Positions 14,043 to 26,365 of a DNA stretch of 64,000 nt are shown here, piece by piece. The notes below the pieces were generated by a model. The model worked only from the letters and a program-made list of their open reading frames with translations, did not search any database and was not told the DNA's origin. The stretch is from the NCBI GenBank assembly GCA_965113315.1, contig OZ220365.1; one strand, given 5' to 3'. Each line of letters opens with the position of its first letter. Within the stretch, counting starts at the first letter, position 1. This DNA comes from Podarcis vaucheri (lineage: Eukaryota). The position numbers and the translations under genes are program-made.

Positions 14043-15955
14043 GAATATTTACTTCTTACTTCTGTTTCCTGATTTTTACTCTGTTACTGTTAACAGATGA
14101 ATCTGAAATCAAAGGTATTATTGTCACTTTCTGCAACTTTAGAATAATTTGAATATATGGGAAACTATATCTGATCAGTACATGAACTTCTATTTTGGTG
14201 ATGTGTTAGCAGTGATAAAACTCACTTCCATAGAGCCTTTGGGGGGAATTCAGCATTGCCCCAAGGAGATCATTCCATCGGCACAGTTACTTTTGCTTGC
14301 CAGGCAAAATGAACTCCTCCCTCTGCACCCTGTTCTGGGGGCTCTCCTGACCCTCCCAATCAGATATGGGGAGGGCATTGGTGTGAAGGTGAGGGGGGCA
14401 AGTCCTGTTGATCTCTTAGGACTTGTTGCATTGGCTTCTGCTAGTGCAACAGATTAGTTCAATCCAGTCCAATTACTTTAGTCCACCTGTAGATCCAAAT
14501 ATTTATGCCCCACTAAAAACACACAGAAATTAGTGTCTGTAGCTGTAAAATGGATTGCAGCTACTGGCTTATAATGGTATGGCAAAACTTTCATTGATTT
14601 TAATAGAGTTGGGTTGTACCCTATACCATAACTTAGTGTGCACCAGATGCATACCCACAGTTGTGATTTTTATTCACATATGTCTGTCATCTACATCATT
14701 TCAAAAGCCAGTAATAGGTAATGTTTTCTAAATAAAATTCAATTAAAACAGCTCAGAATACAGCAGAGGTCATATCTCCAATTTTCTACCAGCTTAATCC
14801 TGGACATCCCAAATTAATACAGTAAACAAAAAGCTATTGCAGCATTCCCAAAAGCTCTGAGATCGAAACTTTCTGGTAGATGGACGTAACAGAGACTTTG
14901 TGTTGCTTCAGTATTTCCTTTCACTGACAGCTCTGCTTTTAAGCTAACCAAGAGAAGCTGAAATAGCTTCTGGTTTACTATTGTGGACTACTGAAGTAAA
15001 AATTCACCAGAAAACTGCATGTGAACATCGGTATGTGTTTGTGGAGCTCCTGGATTGTAACATTTCCAACACCTTTTCGGCTTTCCAAATAATTATAGAA
15101 AATGTTGATGTTTTAATTACATACTTGTTACATGGTTACAAGTTATTTAAATTGATATTAGGTTATGTTACTTAAGATATGTTACTCCAAAATATCATCT
15201 TTAGCTGTAATATGAATGTATGCATGTACATGTTTGGGGCAATATCCAAAGGACCCCTTTCTTTCACAGACTCTGCTGCAGACACACTACCCAAAAAGCT
15301 GTTTTCCAAAAGTCTGGGAGGTTACTGTAATAGTGTGGAAAGTTGCAGCTGGAAATAAAAGGCAAAAGCTGTGTTGAACCACTTCAACATACATTTAGGA
15401 ATCCTGGGATCTTGGCCTGCCTTTGTCCACTTCTGCATTTCCAAATTTAATTGAAATAAAATTGTCCTGTGAAGATATTTGGTGACTGTTGTGCTTTTTA
15501 TAGTGGGGAAAGATTGGTTTAAAATGTTGAGAATTTCTAGTCGATATAGAAACCACTACAATGAGGAAAAACATCTTAAGGAAACAAGAAATGTTTATTT
15601 CATATATGGAAAGTTATTTTACATCTTGGAAATGATTAAAGGGCTATTTAGTGTGGGTCTGTGCTTCATATACTTGAACAAGACTGGTTTAAGATTTTAC
15701 CTATTCTCAACCCACCACTTTCCCCTTTTTAAAGAGCTGTGTATTTCAAACGGTATAGACAAGACCTGTAAAACATACCGTACTTGGGTTGCGTGCTGTC
15801 TGTGCCAAGACAAGAACATTGTGACTAATCAAAGTGTAGGGTTTTTTAAAATACATAATTGCCATTTTTAATAGTTATCTTTTTTTCTAGTGGATGTGAA
15901 GGAAATTGTAGTCACCATTTTGATGTTTTTTTGTGTTTTTTTGTTTTGCATCTAG

Positions 15956-16113
15956 CTTTTAAGGAAAAGGCACATAGGAAATGACATTGTTACCATTGTC
16001 TTCCAAGAGCCTGGGGCGCTTCCTTTTACTCCAAAAAATATCCGTTCTCATTTTCAACATGTGTTTGTCATTGTTAAAGTCCACAACCCTTGCACTGAAA
16101 ATGTGTGCTATAG
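15956..16113 (+). CDS. SIPA1L2: SIPA1L2 exon (158 nt), RapGAP catalytic Asn-thumb
   Basis: long T-rich tract, tctag|CTT...AG|gtgagt; [52 protein letters not shown]; KRHIGND is the RapGAP catalytic motif. Confidence 0.97.
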
Positions 16114-17014
16114 GTGAGTACAGGTTTGTCAATTGCCTTAGTTTCTTATGCTTTCATTGGAAATTGCTGGGGCCATTGTTTATTTGCTTTATCAGGCATT
16201 TCTGAATTTTCCATGTATCTGTGCTCCCAGCTCACCCAGCCAACCATAATGGCACCAACCTCCCCCTTCCACTCAATGAATGAGCTTAGTGGGAGACCCA
16301 CTAAGGGGGCTGGCAGCAAGCCCCCAAATGGGGTGCCTCAGGGAGGGGCTAAACCACACTGGGATCCACTGGGATCACTGTCATCGGATGATGGAATTTC
16401 TTCCAGTTGTCTTGTACCTCCTCATCTTTGGCCACAGTGAGCAACCAGAGTGCAGATGGGTGGTGGATGTACTGCTCCAAAAAGTCCAAATGATGGCTCG
16501 AGAGGGTTTGGATTATACCCTAAAACCAAAAATGACAGTACTTTAAAGAAATATTAGTAAGGTTCAGGAAACTTGCTAGCTTCAATAAAAATAAGTTGTA
16601 TGGTACCTATAGAACGTAGTCTCTGTATTTAAATCTCTGAATTATTCAAGGACAAGAAGCAATCTTATGAAAGCTGAGCCCTTTTGTTAATGCAAATTTC
16701 TATATGCATGGGGACTCTAGACTGGAGAAGTGGGGTAACTGTCTCAGTTCTAAGGTAGCCCATCATGGATCATGGCATGCTTATATGTTCATACCATGAA
16801 TCAATACTGTATAGGAGTGCATTCTAGGCATATGGCATAAAAAATTGTGCATTTGTTTATACACTAGTACGCTGATCTATATATTTAGTGTTTAGTGCAT
16901 GCATCTGTAACACACCATTTTATGATGGTTTGGTACAACAACATTTGTGTTCTGTGAATATTACATTTTTTGATGCAGCACATTTTCAATTTGATAAAAA
17001 ATATATTCAGTTAG

Positions 17015-17083
17015 GAAGAGTTCTGTAGAGGGTTGGACTGCATGATCCTAGTGGTTCCATCCAACTCTACAATTCTATGATTT
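17015..17083 (+). mobile_element. CR1 LINE 3' end fragment
   Basis: gggttggact..atga.cc....gt.cc.tccaactct...attctatgatt, the typical CR1 3' terminus with ATTCTRTG octamer. Confidence 0.7.
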
Positions 17084-17273
17084 TATTTTTCTCATTTTGC
17101 TGCAAATGTAATTCCTAACAATTTCTGCTTTTGAAGAGTTTTGAGGTAGTTTATTATATAAATTTTTCTTGTCCTTGGTAGGTGCATGAATATCTTATGT
17201 ATAAACCAATAATGTTTTAGTTAAAATAACTTTCGAAACGTTGATCCTATAATATGTTTTCTTCATTTTCTAG

Positions 17274-17850
17274 TGTTGGAGTTTCAAGGTCAAAAGATGT
17301 ACCACCTTTTGGGCCCCCAATACCTAAAGGAGTGACTTTCCCTAAATCAGCAGTTTTCCGGGACTTCCTTTTGGCCAAAGTTATTAATGCAGAAAATGCA
17401 GCACACAAGTCAGAAAAATTTCGAGCCATGGCCACTAGAACACGGCAAGAGTACTTGAAAGATCTTGCAGAAAACTTTGTTACTACCGCTACAGTAGACA
17501 CGTCAGTCAAGTTTAGTTTTATTACACTGGGAGCAAAGAAAAAAGAGAGAGTGAAACCAAGGAAGGATGCCCACTTATTCAGCATTGGAGCAGTGATATG
17601 GAATGTGATAGCACGAGACTTTGGTCAGTCCCTTGACATTGAATGTCTTCTTGGTATCTCAAATGAGTTCATCGTGTTGATTGAAAAGGAATCAAAGAAT
17701 GTTGTTTTCAACTGCTCCTGCAGAGATGTTATTGGATGGACATCTGGATTAATGAGTGTTAAAGTTTTTTATGAAAGAGGAGAATGTGTTCTTCTCTCAG
17801 CACTTGATAACTGTGCTGATGACATCAGAGAAATGGTTCAAAGACTGGAA
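17274..17850 (+). CDS. SIPA1L2: SIPA1L2 exon (577 nt), RapGAP C-terminus and linker
   Basis: ttctag|T GTT...GAA|gtaagt; inside ORF 17254..17916 ([17 protein letters not shown]...[19 protein letters not shown]...VQRLE). Confidence 0.97.
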
Positions 17851-18976
17851 GTAAGTATGGTTTCTTTTAAGTGTTTGGCAATTTCAAATGCTATTGTCAG
17901 TAATTTTTCAAGATAATGGAGATGGATAAATATGATACCTGACTATAGAATTTTAAAAATGAAAAATTTACTGGACCATTTCAAGGGTATTTCTGTATTC
18001 CAGGTTTTAACTGGAAATGTGGCAGCTGTAGTCTGAAACAGAATTCTCCCTTTTTATTACAGTTAGGGTTGCCATATTTCAAGAAGTAAAAAATCCAGAC
18101 AATTCTACTAAGCATAATAAAGAATTTTAACTTAATTCAGATTCTCTTTAAGTGTGTTTTAAGTGTTGAGATAATTTAGATAGTTAAGATAATTTTAAGT
18201 GTTCACTTAATTCAGATTCTCTTTAAGTGTGTTTTAAGTGTTCGGATATATAACCTGACCCAATCAAATGAGTCAGGTTGCAATAATTTAGCATTGTTCT
18301 AATGAAAAAATGTGATCTGTACCTGTAAAGACTTCAGTAAATTACTATTTTGCTTCCTTGTTTAATATAAGGCAGCTGCTAAGTCTTCTACAAACAAAAC
18401 AATCCCTGAATTGTTATAATAATCAGTAAGAGAAATGTACTGTCTTAGAAACTGGACACAGCACAGATGGTTGCTCCAGGGGCATCAAATGTTAGAGCTT
18501 GGAGAACAACATCTTTATTCAGAAATCTCTAGTCAGCCATGAATGACAAAAACACTATTAGCTACCCGAGGGGTATAATATATTAGTACATGTGACTTTG
18601 CATTGTTTGAAAGCAGTTCCTTACATAATTCAGAAGGCATGTGGCCAGTGAGGGAGATGTGAAGACTTGGTAAAAAAAAAATTGGAAAGTGGTGGAAAAG
18701 AAATGGGTGTATATGAAAAGTGGGTGTGGGTGTGCATGCAGGACTAGAAACAGATTACTGAACAATTGGTAGTTGGGAGGGGGAATCTCTTAGGAAATGC
18801 ACCTTTCAAAATGTGTAATACTAATGTGTATAAAAGAATCCTACAGTTAATTTACCCTGCTGAAAAAATTTAGTCTTAAGATTCCAAAGCAGTAATAAGA
18901 CTGATGACAGAACTGATACTGTGTCTGACAGGATTACTGAAGAAGTAATTATTTTCTATCTTGATGTTGGAAACTT

Positions 18977-19667
18977 AATAATAATAATAATAATAATAAT
19001 AATTTTTTATTTATATCCCGCCCTCCCCAGCCGAAGCCGGGCTCAGGGCGGCTAACAACACTAAAATAGTGCAACATTATAAAAACATCAAAGAATTAAT
19101 TAAAATAAAAATTGATGGCAACCATAAACTAAAGTATTGTAAAGATTGCCAAAGGAGGGAGTCAGGCTGCGCCCTGACCAAAGGCCTGGTGGAACAGCTC
19201 TGTCTTACAGGCCCTGCGGAAAGATGTCAAGTCCTGGAGGGCCCTTGTCTCTTGTGACAGAGCGTTCCACCAGGTTGGAGCCGCAGCCGAAAAAGCCCTG
19301 GCTCTAGTTGAGGCCAGCCTAACCTCTCTGAGGCCTGGGACCTTCAAGATGTTTTTATTTGAAGACCGTAAGTTCCTCTGTGGGGCATACCAGGAGAGGC
19401 GGTCCCGTAGATACGAGGGTCCTAGGCCGTATAGGGCTTTGAAGGTTAAAACCAGCACCTTAAACCTGATCCTGTACTCCACCGGGAGCCAGCGCAGCTG
19501 GTATCGCACCGGATGAATGTGATCCCGCAGCGAAGACCCCGTAAGGAGTCTCGCTGCGGCATTCTGCACCCGCTGGAGTTTCTGGGTCAGTCTCAGGGGC
19601 AGCCCCACGTAGAGCAAGTTACAATAATCCAGTCTGGAGGTGACCGTCGCGTGGATCACAGTGGCTA
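18977..19667 (-). mobile_element. Young 5'-truncated L2-clade LINE (ORF2 C-terminus, 3'UTR, (ATT)n tail)
   Basis: ORF 19162..19659(-) SRLDYCN...LQRVQNAAARLLTG...LRWLPVEYRIRFKVL...RAFSAAAPTWWNAL is the typical L2 ORF2 tail; 3' stem-loop gccgccctgagccc...gggcgg then AATAAA and (ATT)n. Confidence 0.92.
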
Positions 19668-20449
19668 GAAGTTGCAGAGTACATCTTTGAGTGTTTGGTC
19701 CAGAAGCACATTATGAGATTATTCCAGTCATTTTGATTCTGAAACCTGGTGGATTTTGTACTGGCTGGCTTTTGACTCCTCTTTTTAGAATTTGTTTAAA
19801 ATATTTATGCATGGCCCTTAATAAAAAAAAAAAAATTCCAGGGTGTCTCACAATAACACAACTACTATACACTGTAATATAGCAAACAATTTTTATTTTC
19901 ATATTGTTTTTAGGTAACTTAGGTTAGGATTCACCTAACCAGCCCTGTCAGTGGAAGCCCTGTGCAAGGACTTTCACTTGTGCTATAAGGCTTCCCCCAT
20001 CTCTCCCCCCCCATTCCTTCCAGAATTGGATTGGGAGAACCTCCAGAACAATGTGCAGGGGGAAGCGTATTGTTCCATTTGGCAAGCTGGAATGCTAGCA
20101 CAGATAGAATAATTGGAAGACCTTAAGTCTGCAATCCTAAACACTTAGCTGGGAGTAAGTCCCAGTTAACAGTGTGGCTCTTATGTATTGGTTCCATCAT
20201 GACACTGATTTATAATTGTTCTAATAAAACAAAGTTGTTATTACTTTTGGATTTCAGAAACATATCAAACAATAAAATTTTATCTTATAGGTTATAATAA
20301 ATATTACACTTCATGTTCTTAATGGCAGGGGGATAAAATCACATTTTAAAAACCATTTCAATATTACCCTACCCACAGCTCACCATTTCTGGAATTTTTA
20401 CATCACTATTCTTTTATACTGTGGTCTCACTAATTTCTTATTGCTTTAG

Positions 20450-20724
20450 ATAGTAACTAGAGGATGTGAAACAACAGAAATGACCTTAAGGAGAAATGGC
20501 TTGGGACAGCTCGGATTCCATGTTAACTTTGAAGGGATTGTAGCAGATGTGGAGCCATTTGGTTTTGCCTGGAAAGCTGGCCTACGTCAAGGCAGTCGCC
20601 TTGTGGAGATCTGTAAAGTAGCTGTAGCAACCCTGACTCATGAACAAATGATTGACCTGCTGCGCACTTCTGTGACTGTAAAGGTGGTGATTATCCAGCC
20701 ACATGAAGATGGATCACCTAGACG
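20450..20724 (+). CDS. SIPA1L2: SIPA1L2 exon (275 nt), PDZ domain
   Basis: ctttag|ATA...CG|gtaaga; [59 protein letters not shown]... Confidence 0.97.
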
Positions 20725-21498
20725 GTAAGAAGTCACAGTAGCTAGTAGGTTATTTGTGTCTTCACTGCTGACATTCTTTTGCCCTTTTCACAGATGGCTT
20801 TCTTGTTAAATGGGTAGTGCTCATTTGGTGCTAATGAGACTTGCAGCTAACACAGTCTGTGAGAGAAGTGCTATCTTGTAGTAGATGGAATGGATCTTAT
20901 AAGTTATTTTAATAAAGGATGGATTGTATACTGGGGGGACTGGTTGCTTTTAGTTAAGTGAGCAGTGCTTTCTGAATAAAGTGAACTGTTTACTATAGAA
21001 TGGGGAAAGCATCAATATGGGAATAAGGGGGGAAAGTGGTGGCAATTAATCAATGTTTTTGAAAAGACTGAAAAATTAATAAGGGATTTGAAATAGGGAA
21101 ATAGAGTAGAAATTAATATGCTTTTGGAATGGAATGGAAATTAATGAAGAATAAGGGGGGAAAGGGTAGAAAGTAATAAGGAATATTGAGGAGAGGGGTG
21201 GGGATGCTCAGTATATTTAATGAGGCAAATGGTTAAGAAAGTTTGGCTTTGACTACACTCACATTGACATGCAGCCCCTGGAGGGATTGGCTATGGGTCG
21301 ATGCAGTCCTCAGCACCAAATGCTTGCCTGCATGCTCTGTCCTCATAGGGAAGGTATTCCAAACCCAAATCAATTTGCTTGCACTTTTCTGCACCTTTTT
21401 CAGCTCTCCAAGATTCTTTTTGAGATTGGGCAGTCAATGTTTTCTTCCATTTCTCACTTTCAACTAACGTTAAAAGTATCCCAAACAGATGGAGCAAG

Positions 21499-21929
21499 CA
21501 GTGGCGTAGCGTGGGGGGTGCAAGGGGGGCAGGCCGCACCGGGCGCAACATCTGGGGGGGGGCGCTCGCTGCCTCCGGAGTCGCCGAAGAGCCTCGGACG
21601 CAGGCTGTAGCAGAGTCGCATGTCTCGCGGCGCCCGGCTGAAGGCGCCCGGCAGGCAGCGGCTCTCAGCGCTCGCCGTGGAGGACGCGCCAGGCAGCCCC
21701 TCCTCACAGCCCCGCCTCCGCCGCTGCTGCTGCAGCTGCTGGGCCGTTGCATTTTCCTCGCCTCTCTGCCCCCCTCCTCCTCCGGGCAAGCGGCGTTGTT
21801 TGGGCAGCAGCGCCAGCGGCAACTCGCAGGTTAGGGGTTGGGGGGCGCAAATTACGTGCCTTGCCCCGGGTTAGGGGGCGCAAATTACTTGCGTTGCCCC
21901 GGGTGCTGACAACTCACGCTACGCCGCTG
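21499..21929. mobile_element. hAT-type non-autonomous DNA transposon (431 bp)
   Basis: TIR CAGTGGCGTAGCGTG / CACGCTACGCCGCTG; perfect 8-bp TSD GGAGCAAG at 21491-21498 and 21930-21937. Confidence 0.92.
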
Positions 21930-24862
21930 GGAGCAAGGAAGAAATTGAGAAAGTAGAAGGGAAAACTTAGGTTAAAAGAGGCAGCCTTGTGTAAGATGTG
22001 CCTTTGTAGCTAGGCAGATGGATATTATGAGGACAGAATACATGTCCGTTATACCCACTTTAATGAATGATTTTTTTATCTCAACTAATTCAAGCGTTCA
22101 GTTAGCTTTCTTTAATAGGGAGAGTGCTTGCTGTGTATGACTGCCACATTAACATATTTAACTATAGCATTGTAGAATTGGTGATATATATGTTGCGTTT
22201 TATTTATGGATGTTCTCCAAAAATTAATTTCTTAGAGTGAAATGGGGGAAATTATCCCTTTATTGCTGCCACTCGTATTGCCACACATGTGCTGCCTTTG
22301 GAAGACATAGAAATATGTCTGTATATCATTGTTTTTTTCAAGTTGCATATAATTGGCAGTTGAAAGATTTTCTCAGCTTCATTTGGAGATTTTTGCCATC
22401 TGCTTCCAAGTATGAAATAACACTTTTTGGTACTTATTCTCCTGATTATCACTGGTGCCATTCCAAAACAGTTGGATCCATAGCTTAGGATAGGCTGCAG
22501 ACTGCAAAAAGTCTAGAAAAGTCAGAGCCCTTCTACAGGCTCCTAAGTCGTCATCTACCCCAACAGAAGGAGAAGGGATTTTCTGCAGTATAAACTTCCT
22601 GTGATATGAGAAACTTCAACTGCCTCTTTAAAAGAATGTCTGCTCTTCCTGGATTATCTGACTCTTTGAAGCCTTCTTAGCAGACTGGACTGAGTATAGT
22701 TTTCCCCAGAGTCCACTGTTTTTTTACTACTTCCAACCATGTTGAATAAAAATGGATAAAAGTGTAATCTTACATTTTTTAAAAGTTCAGTCTATAATCT
22801 GTTTCTCTTCTAAAAATAATGTGGTTGAAACCATGAAGGTTATTGCAAAACATCAAAGGCTCAAGGTGCCGTAAGACTCTTTTTTGCAAGAACAGGCTAA
22901 CTCAACTATTCATTTGGGAATTGGTTTAAAACTAAAACTGACCTTAATATAAACATATAATCTCTTAAATATGAACATAGAACCCTCTTGTGAAAGACTC
23001 CTTTCCTTTCCTTTGTAAAGACAGATCTGTGCTGCGAAATATTTGTTCATGGGGGGATATACAACATACTAGATCACATCTTAAACCCTGATTCAAGAGA
23101 CCAGAGACAAGGAAGTCATCACAGGTTCTAAAATTCATATGATGTCATGACTTGCCTTATAACTGATCCCATATATATCATGTTGTCCTGTTTGATGCCC
23201 AACTATGTGAATTGTACAATGTTTATGACTCTACCACCCAAACAACAAGGAATTCACTTTACATCTCATGGCGAAAACACTGTTTTGCTCTTCAACTACC
23301 TTTCCATCAGAGACCAGAAAATATGACAGCAGGGGACTTAGAGACAATACTAGTGGACATCGCTTATGATGGAAATCCTAAGATGAAGACATGATCATGA
23401 AACTTACGAGGTTTTCCAAGTTATCTGCCCCTGGAAAAAGAGTACTCTCCACATCCAAAAATTTTCTCACATGATTTTCTTTCCGATACTTTTCTATAAA
23501 GGTTAAAACTCCAGTCCACAATCAGCAACTGGGACAAATTATAATAGATTATGTGTGTCTGGTTTCCCACCTTCTGTGCTTGACAAAATGTTAAAGACAC
23601 CACTGCCCTAAGTTTTGTTACCCCATATCCAGATCAAGCTTCTGTCACTGCATTTCACAACCACAGGCATATGTCCAGTGAACAGGAGGGATAGCTAATT
23701 TGCTAGCTTAATCTATTCCCAGGCTTTATCCCTGTTCTATTGACATGTTCAGCATATTTTCCTTCCCAATGTGGACAGATGGGCTAGACCCTGTACTTCC
23801 CATGGCTAAAGATTTTCAGCCTCATGAGTCTACAGACCATTGAAATCAAACTCTGGGAAATCCATTGAAATCAAAGGTCCATGTTATATTATCTCAAAAC
23901 TCAGGCTTGATCAGATCATTGATTTAAAAAAAATCCAGCCATACTTAACGTAGGTGATGCTGTCCTAGCATCAGCTTCAGTTTTTGTTGTGTTAGTGACC
24001 ACTATAGGTAGAAAACTCCACTTATTCAAGCTTTGGGCTTTGTAGGGCTCAGCTGATAAATTTGCCCTTTTCCTGCTGAGAAGCCATTCAAATAACCTCT
24101 AGATGAGTTTTAAGTCTCCTTATATTTGCCCTTAAGTGCCAGGTATTGTGGTGCTGTTATTATTTATTTATTTATTTATTTATTTAAAAAAGATTGCCCA
24201 TCCCTCTACTGGCAATCTAGATTGGGGCCTTAGAATGATGGGGCATGAAGGTTTTAACCCTTTGCAGTCAATTTGGTCCCTCAAGCTTGCAATTAGCACA
24301 GTGTGTTTTTTAAAGCTTGCTTTCCCCATGCAAGAAGCCAGCATGGAAAGCCTGGTCTGAATTGGTACCATAAGGAGGCTAAAGGGTTAAAGCCTCCTTA
24401 CTCCATAATAGGGTCTTAATATGCTTGGCCACCTGGGCAGGGAGTATGTGTTTTAAAAAAATAGTTCTCTGCACTTAAACAACACAGATATGGAGCTAAT
24501 GTATCCTCTAGTTGGGCCATCAGTGAACTTGTGGGTAATAAAATAACCCCTCAACCCCACTGAAGTCTTCCTTGTTTACTCTTAGATATCTTGGACACCA
24601 GGGATACTAGCGGCATGTTCAACAGGCAGGTTTTCCTTGGAATGGAAAAGCTGCTTTGCATTCAGTTTTATCTCTTGACAACTTAAATTTTACATAATCT
24701 AGTGAAAGAGTACTGATGATGGGTCATATTTCATAATATGATATAATTGATATAATATAATCATATCATTTTATGACATGCACATGCTATATTTCTTTTT
24801 TTAAAAATGATGGGCTGTATCTCTACAGGACTCAAAGATTATTATGTCTATGTATACTGCAG

Positions 24863-25120
24863 GGGTTGCTCAGAACTGTGTCGAATTCCCATGGTGGAGT
24901 ACAAACTTGACAGTGAAGGCACCCCATGTGAGTATAAAACCCCTTTCAGGAGGAATACTACTTGGCATCGGGTGCCAGCTCCTGCAGGGCAGCCTCTTTC
25001 TCGTGCCTCTCCAATCCTAGGAACATCTGATAGATTGCAGTGCCAGCAGCTTCTCCAGCAGGCGCAAACAGCCATTCCTCGCAGTACTTCATTTGACAGA
25101 AAGCTGCCAGATGGTGCAAG
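24863..25120 (+). CDS. SIPA1L2: SIPA1L2 exon (258 nt)
   Basis: ctgcag|G GGT...AG|gtaata; GCSELCRIPMVEYKLDSEGTPCEYKTPFRRNTTWHRVP...RSTSFDRKLPDGA. Confidence 0.95.
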
Positions 25121-26151
25121 GTAATATGTTCTCTCTGTTATTAATTCCTGTATTTTCTTAGTGCTTTATTAGTAAACCTTTCTGGTCTTTAGTATGAAGT
25201 GATTTTTTAAAAGCTGTTTTCTTTTTAAACCTCATTCATATACTACTGGACAAGGTTTTAACAGATTTGAGCTGCAGTGAGCTTAGTGTTCGCCTCCACT
25301 AATCCTTCTTGAAACAATGGTCAGTGCTAATGATACTTTAAAAGGCAGACGACATTAAAACTCACACCCTCCTCTCTATTTATAATGGAATATAAAGGCT
25401 AGGTACCAGGCAATTTTGGCCACTGTGGTAGTCGGCCAATAAAATAAGAACTTCTGAATAAGAGCAACAAGCATTTAAAAAAATGAAATTAGTTGCTTGC
25501 AGGTTAATACTTTCATCTCATTCCAAGAGAGTTTTATAATATTTGTAACGTCAATAGAACATGGCTATAAACGTCCAAGAGCAAATGGATATTTGTGGAA
25601 TGATGTCTTTGTTTAAAAACTGAAATGACTTAAAAGTTAAATGAAAACCCAATTGACGTTTGTTCCAATTCAGTAGTAGGCAGCGGGTTTTTCCAGGGGA
25701 AAGGGGCTGGACAAAAAAAAAATCCCCTCTCAGGCCCGTACCTAGAAATCACAGGACAAATGGAAGTGCGGATGAGCCCAAAGACACTATTGCTTGCAAG
25801 GATCGATCTATATGTACTTTAAAAAGTGCTGAATTGTGGTCACTATGCGAAAATGTGCAGACTGTAGGAAAGATCCAGTATCACACGAGCAGACTTCACC
25901 ATTCTCTTGCTCCCTCGTTGCAGGCCCCTCCAGAGCAGATTGTAGGGCTACTGAAGTGGGGATGAAGGGAGGCTGCATATCATTAGATGTCCCCACATCT
26001 AAAAATGGTTTAAATTTCACAAAAACTATTCCAATGTCTTCATATTGTTGTCTGTATTTCTAATTTCATTAGGAATTTGTCTCAAAAATTGATTGTTGTT
26101 GAAGCATCACAGATCTGTGTACATGGTTAATTACTTGAGTCACTATTTCAG

Positions 26152-26235
26152 AAGTTCACCGAGCAACCAATCATCCTCCAGTGACCCAGGACCAAGTGGG
26201 AGTAGTCAGTGGAGACACCAAGTGGGATATGATGG
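26152..26235 (+). CDS. SIPA1L2: SIPA1L2 exon (84 nt)
   Basis: tttcag|A AGT...GG|gtattt; SSPSNQSSSSDPGPSGSSQWRHQVGYD; phase 2-2. Confidence 0.92.
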
Positions 26236-26365
26236 GTATTTGTTTCTTTACATCTGAATCCCTTTTTATGAACAGTAACTGTAGAAGCTAATTTACGTGT
26301 GGACTATCCAACCGGCTGTTGTAGAATGTTTCATAGGTGGCTTTGTAAAGATAAGAATTTAATTA

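Noticed and set aside
17247-17585. 112-aa antisense ORF
   Set aside because: Shadow frame of the real SIPA1L2 exon; the same applies to 24848..25075 and 31088..31324.
20990-21240. Purine-rich strand-skewed tract
   Set aside because: Low complexity, with no long mirror repeat or periodicity to support a triplex or functional claim.
21269-21956. Cluster of overlapping 70-150 aa ORFs on both strands
   Set aside because: They arise from the stop-poor, GC-rich interior of a TIR/TSD-bounded MITE; low-complexity products with no recognisable domain.
23212-23500. Possible LINE endonuclease remnant (YNVY...AGDL...KEYS)
   Set aside because: Motif similarity is too weak by eye; a translated profile-HMM search against LINE ORF2 would be needed.
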